NCBI GenBank assembly: GCA_965198225.1
Contig: CBDAOY010000005.1
Location: 608,001-672,000 of the forward strand
Reading direction: 5' to 3'
Length of the DNA: 64,000 nucleotides
Source of the DNA: Terriglobia bacterium
GTDB taxonomy: Bacteria; Acidobacteriota; Terriglobia; 20CM-2-55-15
The translations under genes were made by a program, and so were the position numbers. Below the pieces are notes generated by a model. The model worked only from the letters and a program-made list of their open reading frames with translations, was not told the origin of the DNA and ran no database searches. This document shows, piece by piece, positions 1-9,851 of this stretch (its first letter is position 1; every line of letters starts with the position of its first letter).

Positions 1-304
1 TCGGGATGAGAACCTGCCGAACCGCATGCGGCCGATAGGTCCCTTCCTTCAGGTCCCGCGCCAGTGCTCCCAGCCACCGGTCCACCCCGAACGCATCGAT
101 GTCCGCGACCGTCTCGCCGTCCACCCCGGCCGCGCCGCCGTTGCGTCGCACGGCCTGCCAGGCGACTGCGAGCACGTCGTCGCGCCACACCTTGTCGCTC
201 AGAGAGTAGAACCGGAAGCCCAGAGCTTCCTTCGCTTTCGCATGTAGCGCCGTCTGGAGTCGCTGAACTCTCTCCGAGGCTGTTAGGCTCTCGCCAGTCC
301 TCAT
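1..304 (-). CDS. ltrA: Group II intron reverse transcriptase/maturase, N-terminal part (runs off the window start)
   Basis: Manual minus-strand translation from ATG 304: MRTGESLTASERVQRLQTALHAKAKEALGFRFYSLSDKVWRDDVLAVAWQAVRRNGGAAGVDGETV...LKEGTYRPHAVRQVLIP. This carries RT0/RT1 motifs (AW..V..N.GA.GVDG; Y.P..VR.V.IP). The exact start is uncertain. Confidence 0.9.
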   Translation of the reverse strand, partial: MRTGESLTASERVQRLQTALHAKAKEALGFRFYSLSDKVWRDDVLAVAWQAVRRNGGAAGVDGETVADIDAFGVDRWLGALARDLKEGTYRPHAVRQVLIP

Positions 305-481
305 GTCCCTTCCTCCGTCATGCGCTGCTCTCGAACTGAGGTCCCTTCCCTCCACCGGCATTACCTGATGGGATGGACTCCTCCTTGATGACTGAGTCGG
401 CATCGTAGTGCCAAAGTCATTGTGAAGCCTCGCGATGGTGCGGGCTAAACACGAGGACGTGTAAACAAGAAGGAGTCCGAG

Positions 482-1516
482 ATGAAGAGTAAAACGATCG
501 CAGTGGATCTGGCAAAGAATGTTTTCGAGATTGGGATTTCCGACCGCCCCGGGCAGATGACGAAGACATACCGTTTAAGCCGGGGAAAGTTCTTGTCGTT
601 TTTTGCGAATCAGGAGCTGGCGACGGTCGTGATGGAAGCCTGCAGTGCCGCCCATCACTGGGGACGAGAGATCCAGAAACTGGGGCACACAGTGGTACTG
701 ATTTCACCGCAGTATGTCCGGCCCTACGTACCGAGGAGTAAGACGGATCGGGCGGATGTAAAAGGGTTGCTGGAGGCCCACCGGAATGCCGATATTCGGG
801 CGGTACCCATTAAGACGGTGGCGCAACAGCAACTCACCGCCCTGCACCGCATCCGGTCGACCTGGATGCGGACCCGGACGGCGCGCATCAACATGGTGCG
901 GGGGCTGCTGGGAGAGTTTGGGCTCGTGCTGCCGACGGGAGCCCGGCGGCTGGTGCCCGGAGTCATGGGGTTGATCGAAGATGCGGATGTTGAGATCCCC
1001 ATGACCGTACGCGTCATGTTCTCGGAAGTGTGCACCGAAATCCGCGAGCTGGAGGCACGCATTCAATCGGTGGAGCGGGAGTTGGAAGCCCTGGCCCGTC
1101 AGATGCCCGAGGTGGCCCGTCTGCGCTCGATCCCTGGAATCGGGCTGTTGACTTCCACGGCGATGGTAGGTTTTGTCGGTGACCCCCGACGGTTTCGATC
1201 CTGTCGCCACTTTGCCAGTTATCTGGGACTCACCCCGCGTGAGCGTTCGAGCGGAAACCGGCGTCGGCTGGGAGCGATCAGCAAACAAGGCAACGTCTAC
1301 CTGCGGATGCTGCTCATACACGGTGGCCGCACTCTGCTATGGAGTGCGCATCGAAAAGGGGCGCAACCTTCGGCTCTGCAGAAATGGGGTCTCCGTCTCC
1401 ACACACTCCGCGGGCACAACACGGCCACGGTTGCTTTAGCCAACAAACTGGCCCGCACGGTTTGGGCCGTCTGGACACAGGACACGGCGTACGAGGCTGA
1501 CCGACGGGCGGCCTGA
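482..1516 (+). CDS. IS110/IS1111 family transposase (DEDD recombinase)
   Basis: Motifs IAVDLAK, VMEAC, KTDRAD, SIPGIG, GLTP..SSG, ALANKLAR. Confidence 0.96.
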   Translation: MKSKTIAVDLAKNVFEIGISDRPGQMTKTYRLSRGKFLSFFANQELATVVMEACSAAHHWGREIQKLGHTVVLISPQYVRPYVPRSKTDRADVKGLLEAHRNADIRAVPIKTVAQQQLTALHRIRSTWMRTRTARINMVRGLLGEFGLVLPTGARRLVPGVMGLIEDADVEIPMTVRVMFSEVCTEIRELEARIQSVERELEALARQMPEVARLRSIPGIGLLTSTAMVGFVGDPRRFRSCRHFASYLGLTPRERSSGNRRRLGAISKQGNVYLRMLLIHGGRTLLWSAHRKGAQPSALQKWGLRLHTLRGHNTATVALANKLARTVWAVWTQDTAYEADRRAA

Positions 1517-1546
1517 CACCATGACTGTAGGAACATCCTTTCAGTA

Positions 1547-1738
1547 GACTGCGACGACGTTCGAGTTGATGACGTACCGGTCAGACCGGCGCGGGGAAAC
1601 GCCGGAGAAGCCGTGGCCCCTGGAGGCCGTTTACCCGGTTGGCACCCCGCGCGCGAATTTCATCATGGCCCGGAACTCAAACGTTCCATTCGAGAGGCCG
1701 AAGATACGGATGCAGTCGATCTGTCACTCAACTCGAAA
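1547..1738 (+). ncRNA. Putative bridge/seek RNA of the IS1111 element
   Basis: Structured region downstream of the transposase (GACTGC/GCAGTC, TTCGAGTTGA/TCAACTCGAA, GCGCGGGG/CCCCGCGC and two GGCC/GGCC stems). Its internal loops match the target and donor junctions. Boundaries are approximate. Confidence 0.75.
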
Positions 1739-2420
1739 ATCAAATATCAGGATGCTGAAAAGAATCTTCGGGAAAAGGATATGGGACAGCTGCGCCTACT
1801 TGACAGGAGGAGTCCAGATACGGCTTTCTTGGTACTGCGGACCTCTCCGCCACCCTGTCGGCCCAACCTGACCCTCGCGGGCTGTCGGTTGGCGCGTGCC
1901 ACGCCACCGGCAGGGCTTCCCGTGTTGCGTCCAATCCCCTCTTCCATACATGCCACCGCCCAATACCCCGGCGGAACCAGTCGGTGCTCGCGTCGCTCGC
2001 TTCCCGACCGCTGGCAGCCTTCCCCGTTTCAACGGCGGGTCGGCTTCCGCATTGTGCGTTTCGAGGCCTGCTCGGCGTTTACTCGCGTTGTGGCCTGTGT
2101 GGTCGCTGAGCCGCCCGAGGCGGCCCTTTGTCATCGGAGTGCTTCAGACGATGTTGTTACCTCCACCATCCGCTCCGATTGCTACCGACTGGAGCGACAG
2201 TTGCCGGGCGGGATTCGCACCCGCTGAGGATTGGCGCCTTCTCACGGCGCACGTTGAAATAAGACATAAGGACCCTCGTCGAGCAATACTGCGCTCGGGC
2301 CCGGCGGCGCAATCTACATCCCTGATCTACATACCCTGCCAATGCAAGGCACGCGCTCCGATGCACCGGCTCGGAGCCGCGCCATCCTGTACGTCGCCGA
2401 GCAGGGATGCACGTGGCGGG

Positions 2421-3974
2421 TTAACGGACCCTGCCCGCCGTGCTCGCGCGCAGGCCCTTCCAGGTGCTGTAGCACATGGCGACCAGCACCAGCGCGAAGG
2501 GGAGGCTGGCGGCGAGGGTGGCCGCCTGCGCGGCTACGAGGCCGCCGCCGAGCAGCAGCGCGATGGCGATCAGCCCTTCGAAGACGCACCAGAACACGCG
2601 CTGGGCAACCGGCGCATCCAGCTTGCCGCCGGCGGTGATGGTGTCGATGACCAGTGATCCGGAGTCGGAGGAGGTGACAAAGAACACCACCACCAGCACG
2701 AGGCCGATGAACGAGGTGACCGTAGCAAGTGGCAGCGTCTCCAGCAGCGCGAACAGGGCGATCTCCGGCTGTTGCGCCTGCACCGCCGCGATCACGGCGG
2801 GATGGCCGCGCTCGACGTACTGCGACACCGCGGTCCCGCCGAAGGCATTCATCCAGATCGTAGCAGTCAGCGTCGGGATGACCAGCATGCAGGCGATCAG
2901 TTCGCGCACCGTCCGGCCACGCGAAACCCGGGCGATGAACAGGCCGACGAAGGGGGACCACGAGAGCCACCAGGCCCAGTAGAAGGTCGTCCAGCCGTGC
3001 ATGAAGTCGAGATCCTCTCGGCCCACCCAGTTGCTGAGCGGTACGATCGATGCCAGATACTGGCCGAGGCTGGTCACAACGCCGGTGGCGATGACGCGCG
3101 TCGGCCCGACCGTCAGCACGAACGCCAGCAGTAGCAGGGCGAGCAGCAGGTTGGCCTCGCTCAGCCGCTTGACCCCCCTCTCCATCCCGCTGACGACCGA
3201 CGCCAGCGCCATGCCGGTGATGCCGACGATCAGCAGCACCTGGGTGGTGTCGGTCGCCGGCGCGCCCCACAGGCGGGCCAGCCCCGCCGCCAACTGCTCG
3301 GCGCCCAGGCCGAGCGATGTGGCCAGTCCAAAGAGCGTGGCAAAGACGGCGAGGATGTCGATGCCGTGGCCGAACCGGCCCCACACCGCCTCCCCCATGA
3401 GCGGATAGAACGCCGACCGCAACGCCAGCGGCAGGCCGAGGTTGTACGAAGCGAAGGCGATCGCCACCGCCACCACCGCGTACATGGCCCATCCATGGAT
3501 TCCCCAGTGGTAGATGGCGCTGGCCATGCCGAGGCGCGCCGCCGCCGGGTCGCCCGCCGCGAGACCGAGCGGCGGGTGCAGGAAATGCTCCACCGGTTCC
3601 GACACCCCGAAGAACATCAGGCCGATGCCCGTCCCGGCGGCGAACAGCATGGCGAACCAAGCCGATCTGGAATAGTCCGGCCGGGCATCTGCGCCGCCCA
3701 GGCGCACGCGGCCGACCGGCGTCACCAGCAATAGCAGGCAGAAGAGCACGAAGAGGGTGGCCACGCCCATCAACACCCAGTCGAAGGTCGACATGAGCCA
3801 CGCGCGCAACGCCCCGAAGGCGACCGCCGCCCCGGTCTGGAACGCCAGCACCCCGGCGACGAATGCGATGATGGTAAGGCTGGAGACGACGAAAACCGGA
3901 TTATGGATGTCGAGGCCGAGGAACTGGACGTTGTCCTGACCCGGCTTGTAGTCGATCTTCGAGATCTCAGCCAT
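2421..3974 (-). CDS. BCCT family (betaine/carnitine/choline) transporter
   Basis: WFAMLFAAGTGIGLMFFG, HWGIHGW, WTTFYWAWWLSWSPFVGLFIARVSRGRT, FFVTSSDSG. Confidence 0.95.
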   Translation of the reverse strand: MAEISKIDYKPGQDNVQFLGLDIHNPVFVVSSLTIIAFVAGVLAFQTGAAVAFGALRAWLMSTFDWVLMGVATLFVLFCLLLLVTPVGRVRLGGADARPDYSRSAWFAMLFAAGTGIGLMFFGVSEPVEHFLHPPLGLAAGDPAAARLGMASAIYHWGIHGWAMYAVVAVAIAFASYNLGLPLALRSAFYPLMGEAVWGRFGHGIDILAVFATLFGLATSLGLGAEQLAAGLARLWGAPATDTTQVLLIVGITGMALASVVSGMERGVKRLSEANLLLALLLLAFVLTVGPTRVIATGVVTSLGQYLASIVPLSNWVGREDLDFMHGWTTFYWAWWLSWSPFVGLFIARVSRGRTVRELIACMLVIPTLTATIWMNAFGGTAVSQYVERGHPAVIAAVQAQQPEIALFALLETLPLATVTSFIGLVLVVVFFVTSSDSGSLVIDTITAGGKLDAPVAQRVFWCVFEGLIAIALLLGGGLVAAQAATLAASLPFALVLVAMCYSTWKGLRASTAGRVR

Positions 3975-4356
3975 ACGGTTTCGTCAGCGGTGCCGCAGCA
4001 CAGCCGTTCCACCGCCACCACGGCGGTAAGCGGCGGGGCAATGACGTGCGCCGTGCACGTCTGATACTGCCGCTGGCCAAAGGCCGGTCATTTTTCGCGA
4101 CCCGTAAAGCTTAGGCAATACTAGAGTGTTGCACAACCGCTCCTTTGTGCAACCCACCGGCAGTGTCTAACACCGTTGGTGAAGCTGGAAGAATTGCGCG
4201 TGGCCACCACCGGCCGAGTCGCTGCCAGCCAAGGACGGGGCTTCTCTCTGCCTCGGATTTGGCAAAAGTGCGCTGAGGCGTGTAGGGGCCGTTGCGCCAG
4301 ATCCGCCAAGGTGTACTCGCGAGGGTCGAAACGGCTACCACGCCAGGGGGGGGCGT

Positions 4357-5487
4357 TCAATCTCCGAGTGCCGTCTGTACGAGCCTGTGGAAATGGTGCA
4401 ACGCGTGCTCGCTGATCTCGGTGCGGTCACGGTCGACAATGAAGCGTCCCTGCGTGTAACAGCGCGCGTGCAGCCCCCGTTGCACGGACTCGCAGATCGC
4501 GAAATCCTCAGGGCCAAGCACGTTGTCGAAGTAGCTGATTCGTGCCAGATCCCGTTCGTCCAAGGCCTCCGACAGTGCGTAGCGGCTGAACTGAACCGCG
4601 GTCGTCTCCGATCCTGTCGGCGCGTAGGCGCCCACGCTCAGGATCGGCCGGCCTGGATAGACATTGAAAACGGTGAAAGGCCACAGATACCAGAACGCGG
4701 CGCGCTGCACTGGATCGTCCGGAGAGAATGCGTAGGCCTTGTTTTTCGGGTTTACACGCTCCCCGATATGGCTCGAATGGATGCCGCAGATCTTGGAGCG
4801 ATAGCTGCCCAGGTCTACGAGGTCCGCAAAGGCGGGGTGGGTCGACTTGCAGTGGTAGCATTCGAGGTAGTTGTCGACCGCGACTTTCCAGTTACACCTG
4901 ATCTCCGAGCGTAGCTCCGCGACCTTGACCATGCTGTCGAAGCCGGGCACTACGTCTCGGATTTCGTCGTCCAGGCCGGGGGCTTGGCTGGCGAGTGCTG
5001 GCGCGTTCGGATCGAGGTTGATGAACACGAAGCCGACAAAGACCTCGACCCGGACCGCCTTCAGGCAAAATGCGTTGGCGTCGAAATCCGTAACGTTTTT
5101 ACTGCCGCGTGCTGTGCGTAAGCTACCATCTGCGCGATACGACCATGCATGGTAAGGGCAGACAATGGTCCTGGTCGTGCCGCGGCCCTTGAGGAGTTCA
5201 TGCGCCCGGTGGGAGCACACGTTGTAAAATGCGCGCAGCGTGGAGTCGCGACCGCGTATAACCATGATGTTCTGGTCGAGCACGCCGTGCGTGACGTAAC
5301 TGCCGAACTCCCGGAGGTCGCTTGTATGGCAGACCACCTGCCATGTGCGATAGAAGATCGTTTCCTTTTCACGCTCGAATATTTCATCGTCCAGGCAGTA
5401 GCGCGCCGGCAAGGCATAAGCGTGTTCGGGGTCAGCGGCGACGCGTTTTTCACCGGCGCCCGCAGATTTTAGATTAGTGACAGCCAT
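4357..5487 (-). CDS. Rieske non-heme iron oxygenase alpha subunit (choline monooxygenase/CntA-like)
   Basis: Rieske CSHR...CPYH and mononuclear-iron DNYLECYHC..H motifs; co-oriented with the BCCT transporter. Confidence 0.88.
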   Translation of the reverse strand: MAVTNLKSAGAGEKRVAADPEHAYALPARYCLDDEIFEREKETIFYRTWQVVCHTSDLREFGSYVTHGVLDQNIMVIRGRDSTLRAFYNVCSHRAHELLKGRGTTRTIVCPYHAWSYRADGSLRTARGSKNVTDFDANAFCLKAVRVEVFVGFVFINLDPNAPALASQAPGLDDEIRDVVPGFDSMVKVAELRSEIRCNWKVAVDNYLECYHCKSTHPAFADLVDLGSYRSKICGIHSSHIGERVNPKNKAYAFSPDDPVQRAAFWYLWPFTVFNVYPGRPILSVGAYAPTGSETTAVQFSRYALSEALDERDLARISYFDNVLGPEDFAICESVQRGLHARCYTQGRFIVDRDRTEISEHALHHFHRLVQTALGD

Positions 5488-5728
5488 CGTTGCGCCTCCT
5501 CATAATCCAGGTCGCCGTAGACGCTGGAGAATGAAATCCCGAATCTGTCCGTTCGCCTACAGGAGAAGTCCGGTTGCGCTCCTCGTCTGGAGTAATCACT
5601 TGGGCAATCCCCAGCTCGTCGTAGAACACATCGCCAGGCTCCCCGGCCCGAGGGTCCCAAGCTTAACAGCTTGGCACAGCACTCCGCGATGGTTCGCAGT
5701 TCTTGAATGCCAGGTACAAACCCTGTTC

Positions 5729-5971
5729 CTATAGTGCGACGTCCCGCGAAGGGTTTGTGTCGCGTGATGGCAGGTCACCGTCTTCCAAAGGCGAAGAAAG
5801 CAGCAACCGGCCAAAGGACGGTACCTGCCGAAGACGATTCCATTCATCAACGCCCAGGATGACGGCCCGGGGCTTGCCATGGCGGGTGATGACCGCCGTC
5901 TCGGCTTGGGCAGCTTCCTCCACGAGCGCCGACAGCTTGACCTTGGCCTCACGTAATTGCACCTCTCGCAT
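5729..5971 (-). CDS. Phd/YefM family antitoxin (no adjacent toxin seen)
   Basis: MREVQLREAKVKLSALVEEA...VITRHGKPRAV; GGAGGA RBS upstream of ATG 5971. Confidence 0.85.
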   Translation of the reverse strand: MREVQLREAKVKLSALVEEAAQAETAVITRHGKPRAVILGVDEWNRLRQVPSFGRLLLSSPLEDGDLPSRDTNPSRDVAL

Positions 5972-5994
5972 TGCGACTCCTCCCAAGAAAAGAA

Positions 5995-6085
5995 CCAATG
6001 TGTCGCCGCCGCCGTCCAGCTCAGCCACGATAGATACTCCTGCGCATCATTCCAGCTCACGCACGTCACCGGATGGCGATATGGT
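5995..6085 (-). pseudogene. Formylglycine-generating enzyme (FGE-sulfatase) domain remnant
   Basis: Short minus-strand segment HPVTCVSWNDAQEYLSWLS matches the FGE-family HPV..VSW.DA..Y..WL motif. Confidence 0.55.
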
Positions 6086-6309
6086 TCTCTCTCCTCCCGG
6101 TATCAAATTTCAGGTTCTATCCGGATCGGGGCAGCACGCTTTCCTGGCTCCACCTCACTCGGCCTGAACCCTCCAGTGATGGATTCACGCAACCCTTCCA
6201 AGCCCGCCCCGCGATTCGGACGCGGCTTCGGAGAACTTTACAGGCCCCACTCGCCTCAACGTAGCGGCTCAATCCCTCGTCTACACTTCGTCGAAAAAGA
6301 AGAGTTCGA

Positions 6310-8266
6310 TCAAGGCGACACGGACAGATCCAGCGGTTGACCGGCCACATCGACAAAAGTGAGTGTTCCGGACGAGGCCTGGCCGGCGGTCCCACTGAAC
6401 AGGATGAACTGCGTGGACCAACCCCCGGAGTCCGCGAGATGTGGGAAGAATCTGTCCGCCGTCGTAGACGCACCCGTTTCGTTGGATGGCGGGGTCGTCG
6501 TTACCTTCAGTTCGCCTCTCTCGTTGACGCGTAATCGCAGTCCAACGATGACGACTTCGGCCGTGGAAGTGACCCGGAGCACCCCGGAAAAGTTGTCCGG
6601 CAGTGGAAAGAACTCGTCCAGGAAACGGGCAACCTGACCCGATGGTGGAAGCGTGAGTGTGACCGGGGCGGCAGCAAGCGATCCATCGGGGTTTGTCACC
6701 TCCAGAGTCACGGTATTGGCTGTAACCGCCGCGTTGGCGATGGCCAGTCCGCTTCTTACCGACCCGGCCTGTTCGGGCGTTCCGGACGTTTCAACATAGA
6801 CACGGAATGCCGATCCCTTGGAGAGCGCGGGCACGCCCGCTTCCGAAAGGGTCTTTCCAGCGGGGGCATAAGAAAAGACGACGAGACCGGAAGGCGCTAC
6901 GTTTCCGCTGTGGGGAGTTGCTCTCACGGAGCCGCTGTTCAGTGCTCCGGAGGGATTCCCGGTTGTGAATCGCTGAGAGCTACGGGTAGGAATTGAATAC
7001 TCGAAGCTCGATCCCGTAGAGCCATCCTCAAGCGTCAGGATCGCGGGAGCGGCCGCAGCCGTGCCGCTGCCCCGTCCAAGGAACCCGACCGTTCCCGTGA
7101 TTGTTCGATCCGTTGGGTTCAAGAGAATGACCTGGGTCACCCATCCGCCACCCGCTGCAAAATGAGGGAAGACGACCGTTTCCGTAGCCGACGACGACAG
7201 GGGCGCGACCGGGAGCGTCGTCATCAGAAACTCACCCGCTTCGTTGGTGAACCCCCGGAGAGCGATGACCGCGATGGGAACCGATGAGGTAAACGTGAAG
7301 GTCCCCATTACGGAACTGCCCCCGTTGAATGGGGGTTGATCCAGGAATTTCGCAGTCTGCTGGTGCGCCCCGAGCTCGACGGTTCCGCTACCCACGTTGG
7401 CGCCGCCAGTGTCGGTGAAATAGAAGCGGATGGTTGCCGGCAGGTCGTTGGGATTGGCGATCGCCAGTCCGGTATTGACCGGACCATTCACTTCGGCAAA
7501 TATCCGGCCCTCCGGAACAGGCACGGTGGCCGGGACTCCCGCTTCAGAAATGAGGACGCCTTGACTGTCCCTGAATTGGAAAATGGCGAGCCCGGAAGGT
7601 GTGGTCGAACCCGCCGCCGCACGGATGCGCCCATAGCCCACTCTCAGTGTCTCCGCCGTTCCGCTGCTCGTCGTGGACCATCCTCCCCGATCCGGGATTG
7701 AGAACGATTCGGTCCCGGGGGGGGGGCTGGGGCCACCGTTCGTGGCGCAGACGGCCCCATGGAAAGTGATCGTCGCCAGCCACGCGTGCAACTCAGATCC
7801 CGGCATCACGCATAACCCTGTGTTGCGGATGTCGAACACTTGAAGCCGGGTCAGGTTTTCTATTTCGGGCGTGATCGTTCCGGTCAACTGATTGTCGTTG
7901 AGGTACAAGTACTGCAGCTGGGCCAGGTTCCCCAACTCTGCCGGAATGGGTCCCGTCAACTTATTCTCGCCCAGGTACAACTGCTCAAGGTTGGGCAGCG
8001 TGCCGAGCCTGCCCGGAATCGATCCGGTCAGGTCGTTGCGCCAGAGCGACAGCCTCGTCAGCGGTTCCAGATCTCCGAGCCTCGACGGAATCGGTCCGGC
8101 CAACCGGTTTCCCGCGAGATCGAGCCACACGAGTTCGGACAAGCTCGCCAACTCCGGCGGGACCGGCCCGGTCAACGCATTGTCCCGGAGGTCCAGCCAC
8201 CAGAGGTTGGACAGCATGCCCAGATTGCTCGGTATCGGTCCCGCCAGCTCGTTGTCGCTGAGGTCC
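6310..8266 (-). pseudogene. Leucine-rich repeat surface protein (24-aa plant-type LRRs plus beta-rich C-terminal repeats), 5'-truncated by IS5
   Basis: Repeats of L..L.L..N.L.GPIP..LG.L; C-terminal FPHFA.GGGW.TQ-type repeats. The first codons of the listed ORF lie in the IS end. Confidence 0.85.
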
Positions 8267-9370
8267 GACCTTGTTGCATGGATCATCCCGAAGGATGTCT
8301 TATCATTGTGTTTTTCAACACCGGGGATAACTTAGATGCCACATAAGTTCAACGCAGCCCGACGGCACAAGTTTGATAAGGCGCAGTACCGGGTGATCAA
8401 CTGGGCGGAATATAACGAGAGCCTGCGCCAGCGGGGTGATCTGACGATTTGGGTCAGTGATGAGGCTCAAAGTGTGTGGCGCGCGCCGCGCCGCACGTCA
8501 CGGGGTGGCCAGCGGAGATACTCGGATCTGGCGATCGAGACATGCCTGACGCTGCGCACGGCGTATCGGCTTGGGTTGCGACAAACGCAGGGGCTGATGG
8601 GTTCCATCGGCACGCTCATGGGGCTGGATATACGGGTGCCGGACTTCTCCACACTGTCGCGTCGCGCAAACGGCTTGAGCATCGCGCAGGTGATGAGGCA
8701 AGCCGGGTCTGTGCCTGTCCATCTGGTGGTGGACAGTACCGGCCTCAAGATCTTCGGCGAAGGGGAATGGCTCGCGCAGAAACATAAAACCAGGGGAATA
8801 CGCCGCCGCTGGCGCAAACTCCACCTCGGACTGGACCTCCATAGCGGTGCGATTGTTTGCGCCAATCTGACTCACGATGACGTTGGAGACAGCACCGCCT
8901 TGCCCGGGCTCCTGGATCAACTCGATGCCCCTGTCACGGGCTTTCTGGCGGACGGCGCCTATGATGGAGCGTCCACACGGGATCTGCTGAGGGAACGGTA
9001 TGGGGAGACCCTGGATGTGGTTATACCGCCGCCAAAGAACGCAGTGATCCGACCGCAATCGGCGCGGGATCCAACCGTTCGGGATCGCCATATTGCCCAG
9101 ATCCGCAGCAACGGCCGCATGGCCTGGCAAGTGGCCACAGGGTACAACCAGCGCAGCCGGATAGAAACGCAGATCGGCCGGTGGAAGAGCGTCATCGGCC
9201 CCAAGCTCAAATCTCGCAGCTTCTCCAGGCAAATCACGGAGATCCAGGTCGGCCAGAAAGTCCTGAACACAATGACCGCACTCGGACGGCCTGTGTTCGA
9301 ACGTATCGCCTGACGCTACCGCTTTGGAAAGGGCGAATTCCATCTCCGCCCCGATCCATGCAACAACGCT
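8267..9370 (+). mobile_element. IS5 family (IS903-like) insertion sequence
   Basis: IRs GACCTTGTTGCATGGATC / GATCCATGCAACAACGCT; the flanks are not duplicated. Confidence 0.88.
8336..9313 (+). CDS. IS5 family (IS903 group) transposase
   Basis: NWAEYNESLRQRG, YSDLAIE, VDSTGLK, WRKLH, ADGAYD, YNQRSRIET. Confidence 0.95.
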   Translation: MPHKFNAARRHKFDKAQYRVINWAEYNESLRQRGDLTIWVSDEAQSVWRAPRRTSRGGQRRYSDLAIETCLTLRTAYRLGLRQTQGLMGSIGTLMGLDIRVPDFSTLSRRANGLSIAQVMRQAGSVPVHLVVDSTGLKIFGEGEWLAQKHKTRGIRRRWRKLHLGLDLHSGAIVCANLTHDDVGDSTALPGLLDQLDAPVTGFLADGAYDGASTRDLLRERYGETLDVVIPPPKNAVIRPQSARDPTVRDRHIAQIRSNGRMAWQVATGYNQRSRIETQIGRWKSVIGPKLKSRSFSRQITEIQVGQKVLNTMTALGRPVFERIA

Positions 9371-9523
9371 ACGTCACCCTGGTCCGCAGCTTGCCGGACT
9401 GCGTCGAGATTGTCCTGTGCCAGTCGTGCCTGAACTGTCGCGCCCTCCTGCGCGTGCAGCCGGGACCCGGCACCCAGGGAAACAACGACCGCCCAAAAAT
9501 AAAGAGCCAAGCGGAGTTTCATG
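9371..9523 (-). pseudogene. N-terminal remnant of a secreted Sel1-repeat-like protein cut by IS5
   Basis: Signal peptide MKLRLALYFWAVVVSLGAGSRLHAQ, then ..VRQAADQGD(V)A, the start of a Sel1 repeat, ending at the IS end. Confidence 0.55.
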
Positions 9524-9715
9524 AAACCGTGCCGTCGGCAATCTGGGAAAACCATGATGGTTGCTCCCGATTCTGAAACAGGCCACCATAGTAGCCTGGA
9601 GAATTACTGGTTGAGCAGAGATATTCGTGAATTATCGTGCAACCTCACTCCAGAACGAGACGGGTACCAATCAAGAAATTGGCGCTTCTTCATACACTAC
9701 TGGTCAGCACTCCAC

Positions 9716-9851
9716 TAGAGTGCATTGGCGTCCGGCGGATCGAGGAGCGAAACAACGAATCGACTTCTCGCGATCCGGATCGCCGCGTAGACTTCACGCG
9801 GCGTCGGAGCGCCAACGCTGGATTCGTCCTGGCCGCAGTGGAATGCATTCT
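9716..9851. repeat. Small MITE-like element with inverted termini
   Basis: CTAGAGTGCATT...AATGCATTCT ends with internal palindromes. Confidence 0.35.

Larger units (their letters stand above)
366..1820 (+). mobile_element. IS110 family, IS1111 group insertion sequence
   Basis: Sub-terminal IRs ATGGACTCCTCC (373-384, 7 nt inside the left end) and GGAGGAGTCCAG (1806-1817, 3 nt inside the right end); no target duplication; long non-coding region 3' of the transposase. Confidence 0.92.
1..2252 (-). mobile_element. Group II intron, 5' part (domains I-III and start of the ORF), interrupted by IS1111
   Basis: Minus strand begins GTGCGCCGTGAGAAGGCGCC at 2252 (GUGYG 5' consensus). Removing 366-1820 restores domain III-like AAAGCCGGGTAATGCCGGTGGAGGGAAGGGACC. 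The RT ORF follows. Confidence 0.88.

Noticed and set aside
1800-1820. TTGACA near the IS right end forming a circle-junction promoter with TATGAT
   Set aside because: Spacing would be only 13 nt with the ends as inferred, so it is not called.
2253-2290. TTATGTCTTAT in the intron 5' exon resembling a XerD arm (dif-like target)
   Set aside because: No recognisable XerC arm at the 6-bp spacing.
1566-2657. ORFs 1566-1871, 1613-2227 and 1896-2657
   Set aside because: They overlap the IS non-coding RNA and the antisense of intron domain I; no protein motifs.
1-6085. Diversity-generating retroelement (RT plus FGE-fold fragment)
   Set aside because: The RT is embedded in a group II intron RNA and no TR/VR repeat pair differing at adenines was seen.
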